Assembly: GCA_043228905.1 (NCBI GenBank)
Contig: JBHGNT010000202.1
Span: 1 to 53,816, forward strand
From: Azolla caroliniana
Lineage: Eukaryota; Plantae; Polypodiophyta
Direction of reading: 5' to 3'
Length of the DNA: 53,816 bases
Part shown: positions 24,140-37,195 of the stretch, one piece after another
Position numbering within the stretch: position 1 is the first letter of the stretch
How the letters are laid out: each line of letters starts with the position of its first letter
Notes under the pieces: model-generated
Databases searched by the model: none
What the model saw: only the letters and a program-made list of their open reading frames with translations
What the model was told of the DNA's origin: nothing
Position numbers and translations under genes: made by a program

Positions 24140-27100
24140 TGGGATGTCTTAGTAGTCCGACCTGCTTCCGACATGCATTCGGCTTGTTAGGTATCAGTAA
24201 AGGGTCAGCATATCTGACCCGTTCTCGGCCGTGTGGATCTTCGTCAGCACGAACTCCTGGTCATCTACTCTTTCCCGGATCCAGTGATACCTTCGTTGGA
24301 TATGCTTCGTCCGGGAATGGTAGGCCGCATTCTTAGCAAGGTGGATGGCACTTTGACTGTCGCAATAGAGCCGATATTCATCTTGCCGGATACAAAGCTC
24401 TCCGATGAAGTCCATCATCCATAATATTTCCTTGCTAGCTTCCACAACCGCCATGTACTCCGCCTCCGTGGTTGACAACGCAACCGTCTTCTGCAGCCTC
24501 AACTGCCACGAAACAGCTCCCCCTGCATATGTCATTATATACCCGGATGTAGACCGGCTGGTATCCACATCAGCCGACATGTTCGAATCGGTAAAACCGT
24601 CAAGTTGAGGTTTTCCGGAGCCGAATCGGAGACACATATTCGAAGTGCCCTTCAAGTACTGGAGTATCCATTTGACCGCGTTCCAGTGCTCCTTGCCAGG
24701 ATTGCTCATGAACCGGCTCACCACTCCGACTGCGTATCCAATATCTGGTCGAGTACACACCATTCCATACATTAAGCTCCCAACAGCAGAGGCATATGGA
24801 ACCATCATCATATCCGCCTTCTCTGCTTTCGTCTTCGGCCTTTTCTTACCGGATAACCTGCAGTTTACCGGAAGTGTCGATCCAACCGGTTTCGCATCTG
24901 ACATATTGAACCGCTGAAGCACCTTTGTCACGTACTTCTCCTGTGACAGCCACAATTGCTTCATTGACTGGTCCCGGATAATATGCATCCCCAACATCTG
25001 TCTTGCCAGACCCAAGTCTTTCATTGAGAAGGTCCGGTTGAGAGCATTCTTCAACATCCGTATTTTGGCTTGGTCCCGTCCGACAATCAACATGTCGTCC
25101 ATGTACAAAAGGAGTATCGGGGGGCCTCCTTCAACTCGTAGAGGCTCCTCTTCAACCGGAAAACTAGGTGCTCCTTCCCTTTCTCCACGAATCCTCCGGT
25201 TGCTGCATGTAGATCTCCTCTTCGAGGTCACCGTTAGGGAATGTCGTCTTCATGTCCAGCTGCTCTACCTCAAGTCCATGCTTGTCGCTATACTCAGCAC
25301 CGTCCGGATGGAGGTCATCTTTACTACCAGGGCAAATATCTCGTCGAAGTCCACGCCCTTCTTCTGCTAGAACCCCTTCACCACAATCCTGGCTTTGTAT
25401 CTTGGGGGGTTGTCGACATCTCCCAGTTTCAACTTGTACACCCACTTGTTTCGGAGTGCCCACTTTCCTTTCAGCAACTCCACCAATTCGTAAGTATGGT
25501 TCTCGTGCAGGGAATCCATCTCATCCTGCATGGCACTTAACCATTTGCGGCTATGGGTGTCATCCTTCGCTTCTTCAAAGCTTTCTGGCTCCCCCTCATT
25601 GGTTAGCAGCACATGCTTTGCATCCGGAAATCTCCGGGGGGCCCTTCTCTCTCTGAGAGGATACCTCCGTCTTTGGGCTTCGGTAACCAGTTCCTCCATT
25701 TGCTCTTCATCCGAATCCGATTCGGGGTCTTGGTCGGTTCTGGTTTCAGCTTCCTCTACTTCTTCTTCTGCCAGTTCGGTATCCTCACCGTAACCGGCCG
25801 GTTCCTCGAGTGCTAACCGGTCTCTTGCCGGTTGGGTCTACTCATCGTAGAATCGATCCTTACCGGTTGACTCAGAGTTCATTATCTTCTTCTCCGACTC
25901 CCGGTCGGCGAGTGTCTTGTCCTCCATGAAGATAATATTTCGATTCCGGAATACCTTCTTGTCGACTAGGTCCCACACTCGGTAGCCGAACTCATCATCG
26001 CCGTAACCGAGGAATATGCATGACCGGGTCTTTGGATCTAACTTTCCTCTCCGGTCCTTAGCAACATGCACGTACACGAGACACCCAAACACCTTCAGAT
26101 GCCAGTAGGACACTTCCTTACCAGTCCAGACTCTCTATGGCGTGTCTCCGTCCAAGGGTACTGAGGGAGATCTGTTTATCACATATGTCGTCATCGACAG
26201 TGCCTCAGCCCAAAACTTCTAGGGTAGTTTTGCATGCGCCAGCATACTCCGGACCCTCTCCATTATGGTCCGGTTCATCCTCTCGGCCAGCCCGTTTAGT
26301 TCCGGTGTCTTCGGCACGGTAAATTCGAGCCGGATTCCCTTCGAGCGACAGTACTCCTCGAACTGCCCCCGGTATTCACCTACGTTATCTGCTCGAACCG
26401 CCTTCAGCTTCCGGTCGGTTTCTCTTTCCACTCTCGCGTGGAGCTCTTTGAAGACGGATAACACCTGATCCTTCGTCTTCAACGGTGTGGCCCACAGCTT
26501 CCGGATGTGGTCATCTATGAACGTCACGAAGTACTGTGATCCTGCATGTGACTTCGTGTCCACTTGACACACATCAGTATGCACCAACTCCAGTGGTGCA
26601 TTACGTCTCATCGGTGGCCTCGATCGGAAGGAGGTCCGGTTTTTTGTTTACCGGCCAGACAATCAGTGCACTTCTCCAAGTGCATGTTCTTCACTGGAAT
26701 GAGGTTGTCGTCTGCAAGCCTCTTCATCCCCTTCTCGCTCATGTAACATAGCCTCTTGTGCCACAGCTCACCGGCAGTGTCGGATGCCACGTTCACTTCC
26801 TCTGGACATAACCGGGCATTCATCAGGTACAGTGTGTTTACCTTCCAGGCCCAAGCCACAATCAGGCTCCCTTTGCTGAACTTCATAACACCGTTCCGGA
26901 TGCTACCCGTGTAGCCTTCATCATCTAGCCGACCGGCTGATATCAGGTTCAGACGAACCTCCGAAACGTGTCAGACATCCTTCAGCAGCAACTTGCATCC
27001 GGTTGGTGTTGTCAACCACACGTCTCCTGTGCCGACAATTCAGCATCTACCTTCATTCCCCATCCGGACACAGTCGTGATCACCGGCTGAGTAGGGTGAG

Positions 27101-28068
27101 AAGCATTTCCGGTCTGGAGTAAGGTGGAACGACGCTCCGGAGTCGACCACCCAGGTCATCTCGTCGTCGGCAAGATTTATCTCACTCTCCTCGGTGATGA
27201 GCATCAACTCTTCTTCACTTGCCGCGATTGCCGCCGTTCCCTTCCGGTCCGGCCCCCTCCGTTCTTTACCATTCCGGTCCGGTGTCCGCTTCGAATCGGT
27301 ACCGTCGGTTTCCTTGTCTTTTCAGAAATGCCGACAGTTCTTCTAGAAGTGTCCCGGCTTGCCGCAATAGAAGCAAGTAGGCCTCCTCCTTGACTTTGAC
27401 CGTGTCCCCGACTTTTCCCGGTTCTAGGGGCTACGGTTCCTTTGTCTTCCGCGTTCCGATTCGGTAAGGAGCGCTTTGGAGTCGGAGCTCATATCCTTAT
27501 CTTTCCGATGCGGCTCCTCATCTAGCAAGCTCGACTTCACTCTTGCTAGGGATAATTGTTTCCCTAACGGCCCGGCATTGCCCAAGGTGACAACCAACGT
27601 CTCCCAGCTATTTGGGAGGGAACCGAGCAGGAGTAGTGCTAGTACCTCATCGGCAAGAGGTATTTCCAATGATGTTGCCTGGTGGATCAGCCCCTGGAAG
27701 GCATTCATGTGCTCCGCCATGCTGGAGCCATCTTGGTACCGGAGTCTTACTAGCTTCCGAAATACCGAAACCTGACTGACAACATTTTTGTTCTGAAACA
27801 TAATGCCGATCTTCTCCCAAAGCTCATGAGCCTTGCTTTCTTCATTGAAGTTGTTGTATAGGCTCATGTCGATGAAGCACCGTATGTAAGCCGTTGTCTT
27901 CATGTGCATCACCTCCCATATCGCGGCGTCGATTTTGTCTGATCTCTTGTCCCCGAACTGAACCAGCAGCCAAAGGTCTTTAACCATGAGCATGTCCCTC
28001 ATCTTCGACTTCCACACCGAATAGTTGGAACCGGTGAGCTTGAACATGCCTCCCAACGAATCATCCAT
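24140..28068 (-). pseudogene. copia D gag-pol, disrupted, with an internal RT deletion
   Basis: ORFs 27424-28068 (gag), 26219-26611 (IN), 25367-25699 and 24194-25231 (RT LLLYMDDML, RNase H ALSTTEAEY). The segment between LKEAP and ILLLYMDD is missing near 25120. Confidence 0.93.
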
Positions 28069-28099
28069 TTTTCTGTGTTGCCTCGCTCTGATACCACTT

Positions 28100-28810
28100 T
28101 GATAGGAACACACGCTCCCGATGAACAACGCTCGGCCACAACCGAGCTTAGAATCATAAAACACAAGAAAAACGGGGAATGAAGGCATGACACAATGAAG
28201 AGAAGAGTACACAGGATGTTTACATGGAAAACCCAAATACAGGAAAAACCACGGCAACCCACAGACTGCAAACTATCACTATGTCAGAATGTACAAAATG
28301 GTAAAGCACCGAAGCAACGACCTCGAGCTTTCTATCTTCGCCACAGGCGACGGTTACAACAGAGGCAACGACCTCTTCCTCTCTCACTCTCTCTGTACAC
28401 AGTTGTGCACTCTAATCTTTTGCCAACAAGAATAACAACAACATACATATATAGTTCTCTGTTTTCCCTAAGTCATATTTATACTAATATGACTTTTCGG
28501 CTATTTACAAATATAGCCCCGATGGACTCTCAGAAACATATTTACAAATATGTCCCTTCATCCGGTGAGCACTTCTCACCGGGCCTGCACCATTCGGCGC
28601 TTGCCGGGTACCCCTCATCCAGTTCTCACCGGGTCTTCCGGAGCCGGGTACTCGTCATTCGGCACTTGCCGGGTACACCACATCCGGTTCTCACCGGGTC
28701 TTCCGTAGCCGGGCACACCACATCCGGTTCTCACCAAGTCTTCCGTAGCCGGGTACTCCACATCCGGTTCTCACCGGGTCATCCCATCCGGAGGGACCTG
28801 TTTCCTAACA
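28100..28810 (-). repeat. 5' LTR of copia D with internal 40-bp tandem repeats
   Basis: GGGTACACCACATCCGGTTCTCACCGGGTCTTCCGTAGCC-type units at 28671, 28711 and 28751, plus degenerate copies. Confidence 0.95.
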
Positions 28811-29138
28811 CACAATGGACATATTCACACTATCCCATTGGACAAACTAGGTTTAGGCCATAATTTCAAATTACAAGTTTCAGATTACAAATTTCAGATT
28901 ACAAGTTTCTAGTTACAAATTTCTAATTACTTTCGCAATGTGTTGTAATTTTGCACCAATTCTCATGACAAATTCTGATTAGGGTTTCTGATTTTTTAAG
29001 TGGTTGAATTCTGATACATGTTGAAAATGACAAATTAAAAATTTTAGATTACTATCTCAAAGTGTTGTAATTTTGCTCCAAATTGACATTAAAAATTCTG
29101 CTTTTGCACCAATTCTTATTACTGAATTTCTATTTCAG

Positions 29139-30687
29139 GTGGCTTGTTCCTCCCTATCCTAGAGTGTTGAACTTCGCAAAATTTTGCGAGACAAAGGAGG
29201 ACTTTCACAACATATATGGTCTGTCTCTCGAGGGTATTGACCCTGCTATTCTAACAGATAGATTGATTAGTGATGTAGACTGGATATCAGTATATAAAGT
29301 GCCTAGAGTGAAAGGCAAGGTCAAGCTCAAGCATGTATGACTGGACCTGTACGATGACTGCATGAGACTGCACCAAAAAGTACATCAAGAGATCCCGGTC
29401 AACAACGAGTTGTCCGTTTCATTTGCCAGAGCTTTTGCATACGAGTATTGCAAAACAACGAAGGAATCTCGTGACCCTAAAATGTATAGGGTAGCCTGGG
29501 CAATTTATGGTGAGGCATCGGTTATGTCGGAAGATGGGGAGCTTGCAACAAAAAATGGCAAGATTTTGGAGCATGGCAGTTGATGTTGCAACTGTCGACT
29601 CCCAACAAACCCGCAAGTATACGCCACACTGACACACAATGAAAGCCAATGTCAATGATACAGGTGAGACATTGATTAGCTATATGCTAAAAAATGTCCA
29701 TGAAGCCTATGAGACAAACATTGGAGTTTTTTAAGACTGATTTAGAGAAAGCAACATTGGTTGCTGCGATGGTGAGCAAAGTCACTTTGGCAGTTACAAC
29801 AATCAGAAATAAGATTAAGGTATCTATTGTTTTGCTAGTATGTAATATGTTATAAATAACTTGTACATGAAAATGTGCTACTAAGGCATTATCTAGAACA
29901 GGTTTCTCAACATGAGCTTGAAATTGAGGGGTCGTTGGATCCCCAGCAGAAAATTTAACTGCAGACAGAGATCTAGCTTCTTTCAATGAACCTGGACCTT
30001 CTAGGTGTAAATATTGTCACTCATTACAATTTGGACAAGCTACAAGTAAGTTAATGATTCTTGTTTCTTGTTGTTGTATCTTCCTCATTAAGGAATAATT
30101 AATCGGTAAAATTCTCGGTTGCATTGAAGGAAAAATACTCCCGTCAAGAACAGGTAGTTAGTTGCCTTAAGAAGCAGCTACATTTTGTGGAGGGGATGGT
30201 AAGGAGTAGACAAGAATTGGACATGAACATTCTTGTTCCCTAACAAAATGAAGGGGAACCATGAAATGATATATTGACGGTTCAAGCACGTCGCATCGCT
30301 TGTGGATTACATGTAGAGGACAAATCTACTACTCTGTTGGTTCACCTACAACCATGCCAGCACACATACCATATTGTTTGTTTTCAATATGCATGTCTCA
30401 TTGCTGCATTTTGTTTGGGGGATTGCAGTACAGCTCTCCCAAATGAGTGGAGAAAACTAACAGGTAAAATTGTTGCTTGTGACCATAGTGTAGCTAATTA
30501 GTTACATCTTTGCTAATTAGGTAAGCCGTATAAAGTTTGGAAACTATTTAGCTGTTATGGTTGTATTGTAGTAGCTAACTAGCTAACATGTAGTTAATTT
30601 AATAAATTTGTATTTCTTGATCATTCCTTTTATTACAGATTTTTTGTTGTATATGCCCATCACTGTAAATAGTGGGAAGGGTAGTTG
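29139..30687 (+). pseudogene. Spliced gene fragment: unknown NNE/FARAFA domain, coiled coil and RING-H2 finger
   Basis: Acceptor at 29138; phase-compatible GT-AG introns 29820-29901, 30046-30129 and 30464-30638. RING-like (R)IAC..PCQHTYHIVC..CLGDC at ~30292-30428, first Cys apparently TGC>CGC. Several in-frame stops. Confidence 0.7.
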
Positions 30688-30792
30688 CCCTAAGTCGGTT
30701 AGTATTTAAACTGACTCTTGTAACCTAGTGACGTGTTGTTCATTTGATATATTTGTGCCATTATAACTTTCTGAGAATAATATATACAATTA

Positions 30793-32392
30793 CTAAAAAA
30801 GAATACGTGTGCGATAGACACCGAGTACACAGTCAGTCTTGGAAACTCGACAGTTAGGTAAACACAGAGAATGGATGTATAGTGAGAGATAGTGAAGCCA
30901 ATAGTAGCCAACTTTTCGTACAAGGCCCACATGGCCCATCACATGGTTACGTCATTACGAATGTCTTTTGTAATGATGATCGCATGGTGGCATTGTAACC
31001 ATGTAACGAGTGACGAATGTTGGATGCGTGTGTCATAGGTACGACCTCATATGAAGTGGGTCAATGAGATCATCATTACGATGATGATCTCATGGTGGCA
31101 TTGTAACCATGTAATGAGTGACGAATGTTGGATGCGTGTGTCATAGGTGCGACCTCGTATGAAGTGGGTCAAGCCCTACGCTCTCAACATCATGGTGGCT
31201 ATGATCGTTTCGTGATAACGCATAGCGAAATCGAAACCTCATATGAAGTGGGTCAAGCCCTACGCGCTCAACATCATTGTGGTTATGATCGTTTCATGAT
31301 AACGCATAGCAAAATCGAAGTGACCAAAGAGGATGACAACAAACAAAATTGTTGAAAATGGATGGTGACTACGCCATTCTCACAAAAATGTGAGGATGGC
31401 CACCAATATCCTTTCCCCGAAAAGGACAACGTTTGATATACAAAATCACGTAATATACACATATTTATCTTTATCACATGTATATGATTAAATACATATA
31501 CACGTGATTACATATGCATATATTAAAAAAATTGTAACATCACATAGCCAAAGAATGATGTAATCAAGATACGTAATCGAGGCATATAGCCTCTACGCAC
31601 ACAAAACATCCAAAATAAGGGTGAATGTAATACGCAAATTGAGGTATTGACCTCTTATGTATACTACAGAAATTGCATATCGTTTACATAGAAATCGAGG
31701 TATTGACCCCATACGCATACACAACATATGTACGTGAACATAACACACAATTGAGGTATTAACCTCGTACGCATACAACACAAATCACATATCAAATATA
31801 TGTCAAATGAAGTATTGATCTCATACACATATGTATACATTTTATTCAACCAATTATTACCACTGCAACATAATTGAATCAATGAAAAAATTTACATATT
31901 GATTGTACATTATTAGATTGGGAGAAGAAAGAATAGAAAAAAAAAAATCAAAAAAGAGTTACCGAAGTTCGCTTGTTAATGCCTTTTTGGATCAAGGTCA
32001 ACCATACATCAATCGATCGCCATCCAACAAAAAACTTCAATCAACAAACGAAACATTAGAAGAAAAGCTCAGATACCAATTGCTAGAGCTACATCCTAAT
32101 GTAAGCATGAGATAAGGATATAAAAGATAAATAGATAAGAAAGGAGAGAGAGAAAGAAGGGTGCCGACCACCCCCGAGCGAAGGGATCGAGACGGAATCG
32201 AGCCTCGATCGGCATCCCATACCACCGTCGTGGCATCGAGTTGTACCTGGTACTAGCACACTCGCTACAAGAGTTGATCCACCACAAAGACAGAGTCTCG
32301 ACGTAGTCAAGATAGGATGAAATGAGGGTAGCTAGGCCTAATATTTATAGCCAGCCCTAAGACCCCAGGCAAGTTCACACTTGGCCTAATGG
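30793..32392. other. Unclassified repeat-rich segment, probably a non-coding transposon fragment
   Basis: Truncates the LTR of C. Contains ~107-bp and ~84-bp duplications (30973-31319) and a ~56-bp tandem repeat (31575-31835); no credible ORF. Confidence 0.45.
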
Positions 32393-32394
32393 GT

Positions 32395-35300
32395 TGTCTC
32401 AATCCCAAGGATTAAAAGTAATCTTTCCCTTCTTTATAGTCTCGTTTAACCCTCACACTTTATCCACATGTATAGAATACTACCGTAAAACTTACCACAG
32501 GATATTATATGGTCATGCCCGTAACACAGACCATTCAACTCAGGTGTCTTCGTCATTTGATACCTTGAGTCCTACAATCAGCTCAAATTGGCCTCTCTAC
32601 TTACCACCGTTATCAGTCCGAACAACTTTGAACTTCTGTCTATATTCCCTTTCATGGAACTCATTAAACACCAGCAACACCTGGTCTTTAGTCTTCATCA
32701 CGAAAGCCCACAATTTTCTACTGTAATCATCAACGAACGTCACAAAGTATTGTCCACCATGGTATGATTGAGCATCCACATAGCATACATCTGTGTGGAC
32801 TAGTTCTAGGGCATGTTCTCTTCTTATCGAAGTCCTGGATCGAACGACAGTCCTGACACTTTTTCCAAATGCATTCCTTTCACTTATGGGAGGAGATCCA
32901 TTTCAGCAAGGATATGCATTCCCCTCTTATGCCACAACTCACTAGTTGTGTCCGCCTTTGCATTCACTTCACCTCGGCACAACCTTGCATGCATTACATA
33001 CAATGTGTTCTACTTTTGTGCTCGAGCCACAATTGGGCTTCCTTTGCAAAACTTCCATGCACCATTATGAAAGCTACCATTGTACCCTTCATCATCCAGT
33101 CGTCCAGCCGATATCAGATTCAATCTGACATCCGGAACATGGCGGACATCCTTCAACAATAAACTGCAGCCAGTAGATGTTAAGAAACATATATTTCCAA
33201 CACCAACTATCTTGCATGCAGCATCGTTTCCCATCTTTACATAGCCATAGTCACCGATTACGTAGGATGAGAATCATTCTCTTTTGGGAGTTAGGTGAAA
33301 CGATGCACCGGAATCAACTACCCAAGAGCACTCATCATTTCCTAGATTTACAAATTCCTATCCACTAATGAACAAAAACTCTTCCTCGCTATCTACAATG
33401 GCCAAGGTGTTTTTATCTTCCGAACTTTTCTTCGGCACAACACTATCAAGACTTCTTTTGTCCCTCTTGAAGTGTCCACAGTTCTTTTGGAAGTGACCTA
33501 GTTTCCCACAATAGAAACATGTGAGTCTTCCTCTAGACTTCGACCTAACTTGGGACTTGTCTCTGTTCTAAGGACTCCTATTTTTACTTCTTCGTCTACC
33601 AAGGACTTGGGCCATATTTGCTTCCAATCGAGACAAGGCACTCATTTATTTTCTTCTCATCTCTTTGTTTAGACAGCTTGTCTTTACAACTTGTAAAGAC
33701 AAATTTTCTTCTTGACAAGAGGCACTAAGTGACACTACTAGGGTTTCCCAACTGTCTGGTAGGGAAGAAAGTAGTAACATGGCCTATAGCTTATCATCTA
33801 AAGGGAACTTCATTGAGGCTAGTTGATTTACTATGCCCATGAAAGTACTAGTGTGCACCACAATGCTATCACCATATGTGTACTTCAACCTCACCAATTT
33901 TCTCTTCAGGGAAGCCTTATTTATTGCATTTGTCCTTTCATACATTTTGGCAAGCTTATGCCACAAGTCGTATGCATTTGTATCATTTGCCACATATTGA
34001 AGGACGCTCACGTCTACAAACTGTTTGATAGTTGCTACGGCCTTCCTATTAAGGATTCTCCACTTAGACTCTATTACCCCTATTGGTATTTCCTTCCTTT
34101 CGATCAACTCATATAAATCCCTAACTATCAGAAGATCTTCCATCTTGATCTTCCAATCTAAGTCGTTATGGGAGTCTAAAACTATCATTCCTAGAAAGCC
34201 ACTCATTTTTCCCTCCATCTAGAAACCTATAACTCGGATACCATATTGATGGGATTAAGACTGGAAATATGCCAGCCACTTATACAACCACTGGCCACTC
34301 AAGAGTATGGTTCACCCAACAAAACAAACAAAACAGAAATGAAACTACAAAGACACAATTTTACATGGAAAACCCTAACACAAAGAAAAACAATGAGAGC
34401 CCTCTATGTAAGGATTGTATACATTCTGTCTCCCAAAATCACTAGGGTATTTCTGAATCTCAAAAGGCCACAACCTTTGTAAAATCCTTTGTCTTGCACA
34501 GCAAATGAAAACATAAAAAATATGGAACAAGGGCATCTGGTTCTACAAATAGAGAAAGCATGGCCCACGAACTACTTGTTAGTCTCGATTGCAAGTTTTG
34601 TAGGAACTTCAGTCACACCCTCACACTGATGCTCACGAGCATTACGTTCTCTTTCTCTTCTTCTTGTTTCGGATGTTCTCTGTCTGTTTTCTATCTTGTT
34701 ATGCTCACACAAAATCTATTGTTCACTTCTCTATCTCTCTATATATTTATTTTGCCCTAACTTGTTTTCCTTATATATGCCTATTTTCGACCTTCTAGCA
34801 GTTTTTGATAAGATTTCACTCAAACAAAATTACGAAATCAAACTTAGACATAAACAGAAATAAAGAGTAGCACACGATTTACGTGGAAAACCCTGATTTC
34901 AAGGAAAAACCACGGAACAAAACTTTCCACTATAATAGAAGACATAATACAACCATGGAATGAAAGAACTTGATCTGGTCTTAATGTTCTCTGAAACCAC
35001 AATTTCAGATGAGAACACCAAACCCTAGCACGTAGATGTCTTTCCCGTTCAAAACTTCCTTAGCTTAGCGGTTTTAATCTCTCTCTCTCTTCTTTTCTGC
35101 TTCCCTCAACTTTTCTTCGCACTCTCAACTTCTGAGATATGGCACTCACACAACCACTATTGTGTTCTCTCTAAGTCATTCTCTGTACCACTCTTCTCTT
35201 GCACTATGTTCTCATATATACTACTCACGCACTCACTATTTCACTTAAGCATACTTTCACACTTTTTCTCACTATTTTTACTCCTAGTGAGTTATCCCAC

Positions 35301-35624
35301 ATGCAGACGCACTACTACGCCTGTCTGTATATATATACTAAGTCATTTCATGCACATATACATGAAGACATACATGTATATATGTATATGTGTACGAATT
35401 GACTCTCGTTTTGGTGTTTCAGTTCTTCGGCCAACCGATTATTCTTTTAGCTCTTTGACCAATTCCGACTAGCCGACTCTCAAGTCGACTTTTCGGCCGA
35501 CTCCCCCGCAAGGAAGGACGCCTTTACATAACAGTTCTCGGCCATCCAACCCTCAATCAACCAAAAGGCCAACCGACTTACAACCTTTCAACCGTCTTCT
35601 CCCATCAAGGACACACGCATAACA
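32395..35624 (-). mobile_element. Ty1/copia element E (Tnt1/Tork-like), 3'-truncated in integrase; 5' LTR interrupted by a solo LTR
   Basis: gag from 34218 (WKIKMEDLLIVRDLY), CFYCGKLGHF, WVVDSGASF, VRLNLISAGRLDDEG, FVTFVDDYSRKLW. PBS-like ACTCGGATACCA 34232-34243. LTR 34247-34805 plus 35539-35624. Confidence 0.85.
34806..35533 (-). mobile_element. Solo LTR (copia-type)
   Basis: TG...CA ends flanked by GTTTT/GTTCT (TSD, 1 mismatch). Carries the ACGTGGAAAACCC...GGAAAAACCACGG motif seen in the LTRs of A, D and E. Confidence 0.72.
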
Positions 35625-36180
35625 AAACATCCTATGAATATCCATCATATAGCTCAAGCAACAATAGTTGGTATTAAAGTATTTGATGTTACATTTCCTA
35701 TCTAAGTTAATTATCTAACCCTGATTGATGCATTTGATACATCCTTATCAAGGCAATTGGTACATCCTTATCTATCAATACATTTCATTTTACATATCAC
35801 ATCCTTCTTTGTCAATGCATTTCTGTTATATATCACATCGTTGATATAAAGGGTTTTTTACTTCAAAATGATAGGAACTTATTTTTATTGGGTGCTTGAT
35901 AGACAATATAAACAGTATGCAAAAAGGATCACAATCATCAGCTGCAGAGAACTCCACTAGCAACAGCTTAGAATTTTAATGGGGCCCAATACCTCTTCCA
36001 CTCAACTTGAAAACATTTCACAAAATGGCATGAATACACGAAAACTCAAAAAGATATTTTACTAGCGCAAGTGGCATATTGAACAGAGGTTAAAGTTTGC
36101 ATTCGAAGATAAATACAAAAGTGGTATGCACTCTCAAAGACGGGAAAGCTAATAAATTATTCATTTGTTTTGAATGAGAT

Positions 36181-36549
36181 AAATATTTAAGGAAACATCG
36201 AAGTCTGTGCATAAGATTGTCATTATTTTTGTTTATGAGCATGAAAAGCAAATCAGATCATGAATCAACACATTATTTTTATGAAAAGCAAATCAGATCA
36301 TGAATCATCCAATGAAAACTCAACAAAAAACTCCATACTTGTCATCCAAATTTCTCTTATTTTGATTTTAACGAAATGTTCTTGATGTCATGATGAAAGC
36401 ACATGTGAAAAGGAATTACCATCAAACCAAGGGATTTTTTTTGTTTAAGGAAATATTTAAGGAAACATCGAAGTCTGTGCATAAGATTATCATTATTTTT
36501 GTTTATGAGCATGAAAAGCAAATCAGATCATGAATCAACACATTATTTT
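36181..36549. repeat. ~99-bp direct repeat, two copies 270 bp apart
   Basis: 36181-36279 is nearly identical to 36451-36549. Confidence 0.85.
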
Positions 36550-37195
36550 GAGAAACAGTCCAATTCACATCTTAAATACCAGAAGACAGAAGGGTTGATC
36601 AAGAGCCAAGATCCAGCGACAAGCTTCGACATATTGAACAAATATTAATCATCATATACACATACTAATGAGCGCTCCACTTACAGATGTAAAAGCCATA
36701 TAGACTGCAAATAGATTTATCGATGAGAGAGACCTTTCTGGTTCATGCATTAGTTTAGATTTCTGCTCACTCCCAAGATTGTATGCATGCAAAAAGGCAT
36801 GGATTACACACTTTTCATGCCTTGCAGTCTAGATGGTATTACAAATATAGAACTCACTCTCATCCACAGCACTTGTACTCTGCAAAAGAGAAGAACACGG
36901 TTGAAATGCACAAGAGAATACAAAATGTCGAATGGTGAAAGTGGGATATAAAATATTAAATCGCAAAAAGAAGCAGAGCAGTGATAAAACAAATCTAAAG
37001 GGAGATTTAGAATCATATCGATAAGCACATTATAAGGACTGGGCACTACTGGTTTGTCCTACTGGTTTTACATGATGAAGCAGGGAGTTTGACTCTCATT
37101 GACATATTAGGACAAAAATGAAGGTTTTGTTCAAATATTTGGCATGTCACCAAAACATGTGCACATTGCAAATACATCTACCTCAAATCATAACT

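Larger units (their letters stand above)
23406..28810 (-). mobile_element. Ty1/copia element D (same family as A), near full length, nested in the 3' LTR of C
   Basis: LTRs 23406-24118 and 28100-28810. TSD CATAA/CACAA (1 mismatch). PBS GCTCTGATACCA 28085-28096. PPT (CTCCCCCTTC on +) 24121-24130. Complete gag-PR-IN-RT-RH order. Confidence 0.96.
19355..30792 (+). mobile_element. Ty1/copia element C: old, lacking most of RT/RNase H; 3' LTR split by two insertions and truncated
   Basis: 5' LTR 19355-19727; PBS TGGTATTAGAGC 19730-19741; gag KFDGSNFNFWKEQMQDYL; integrase PLDLVHSDV; PPT ATGGGGGAG ending at 23385. 3' LTR pieces at 23386-23405, 28816-~28865 and ~30688-30792 match the 5' LTR in order. 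Confidence 0.85.

Noticed and set aside
23728-24336. ~200-aa ORFs in the D LTRs (also 28195-28863)
   Set aside because: Read-through of GC-rich LTR repeats, antisense to the element, with no protein features.
28866-30694. RING segment as a Helitron
   Set aside because: Small hairpins exist near 30655-30691, but there is no clean A|TC start or CTRR|T end distinct from the resumed LTR sequence.
31575-31835. CRISPR-like pattern: ~28-bp conserved AATYGAGGTATTGACC..TACGCATAC blocks separated by variable ~28-bp stretches
   Set aside because: Alternate 'spacers' resemble each other (a dimeric tandem repeat), the repeats are degenerate, there are no cas genes and the context is eukaryotic.
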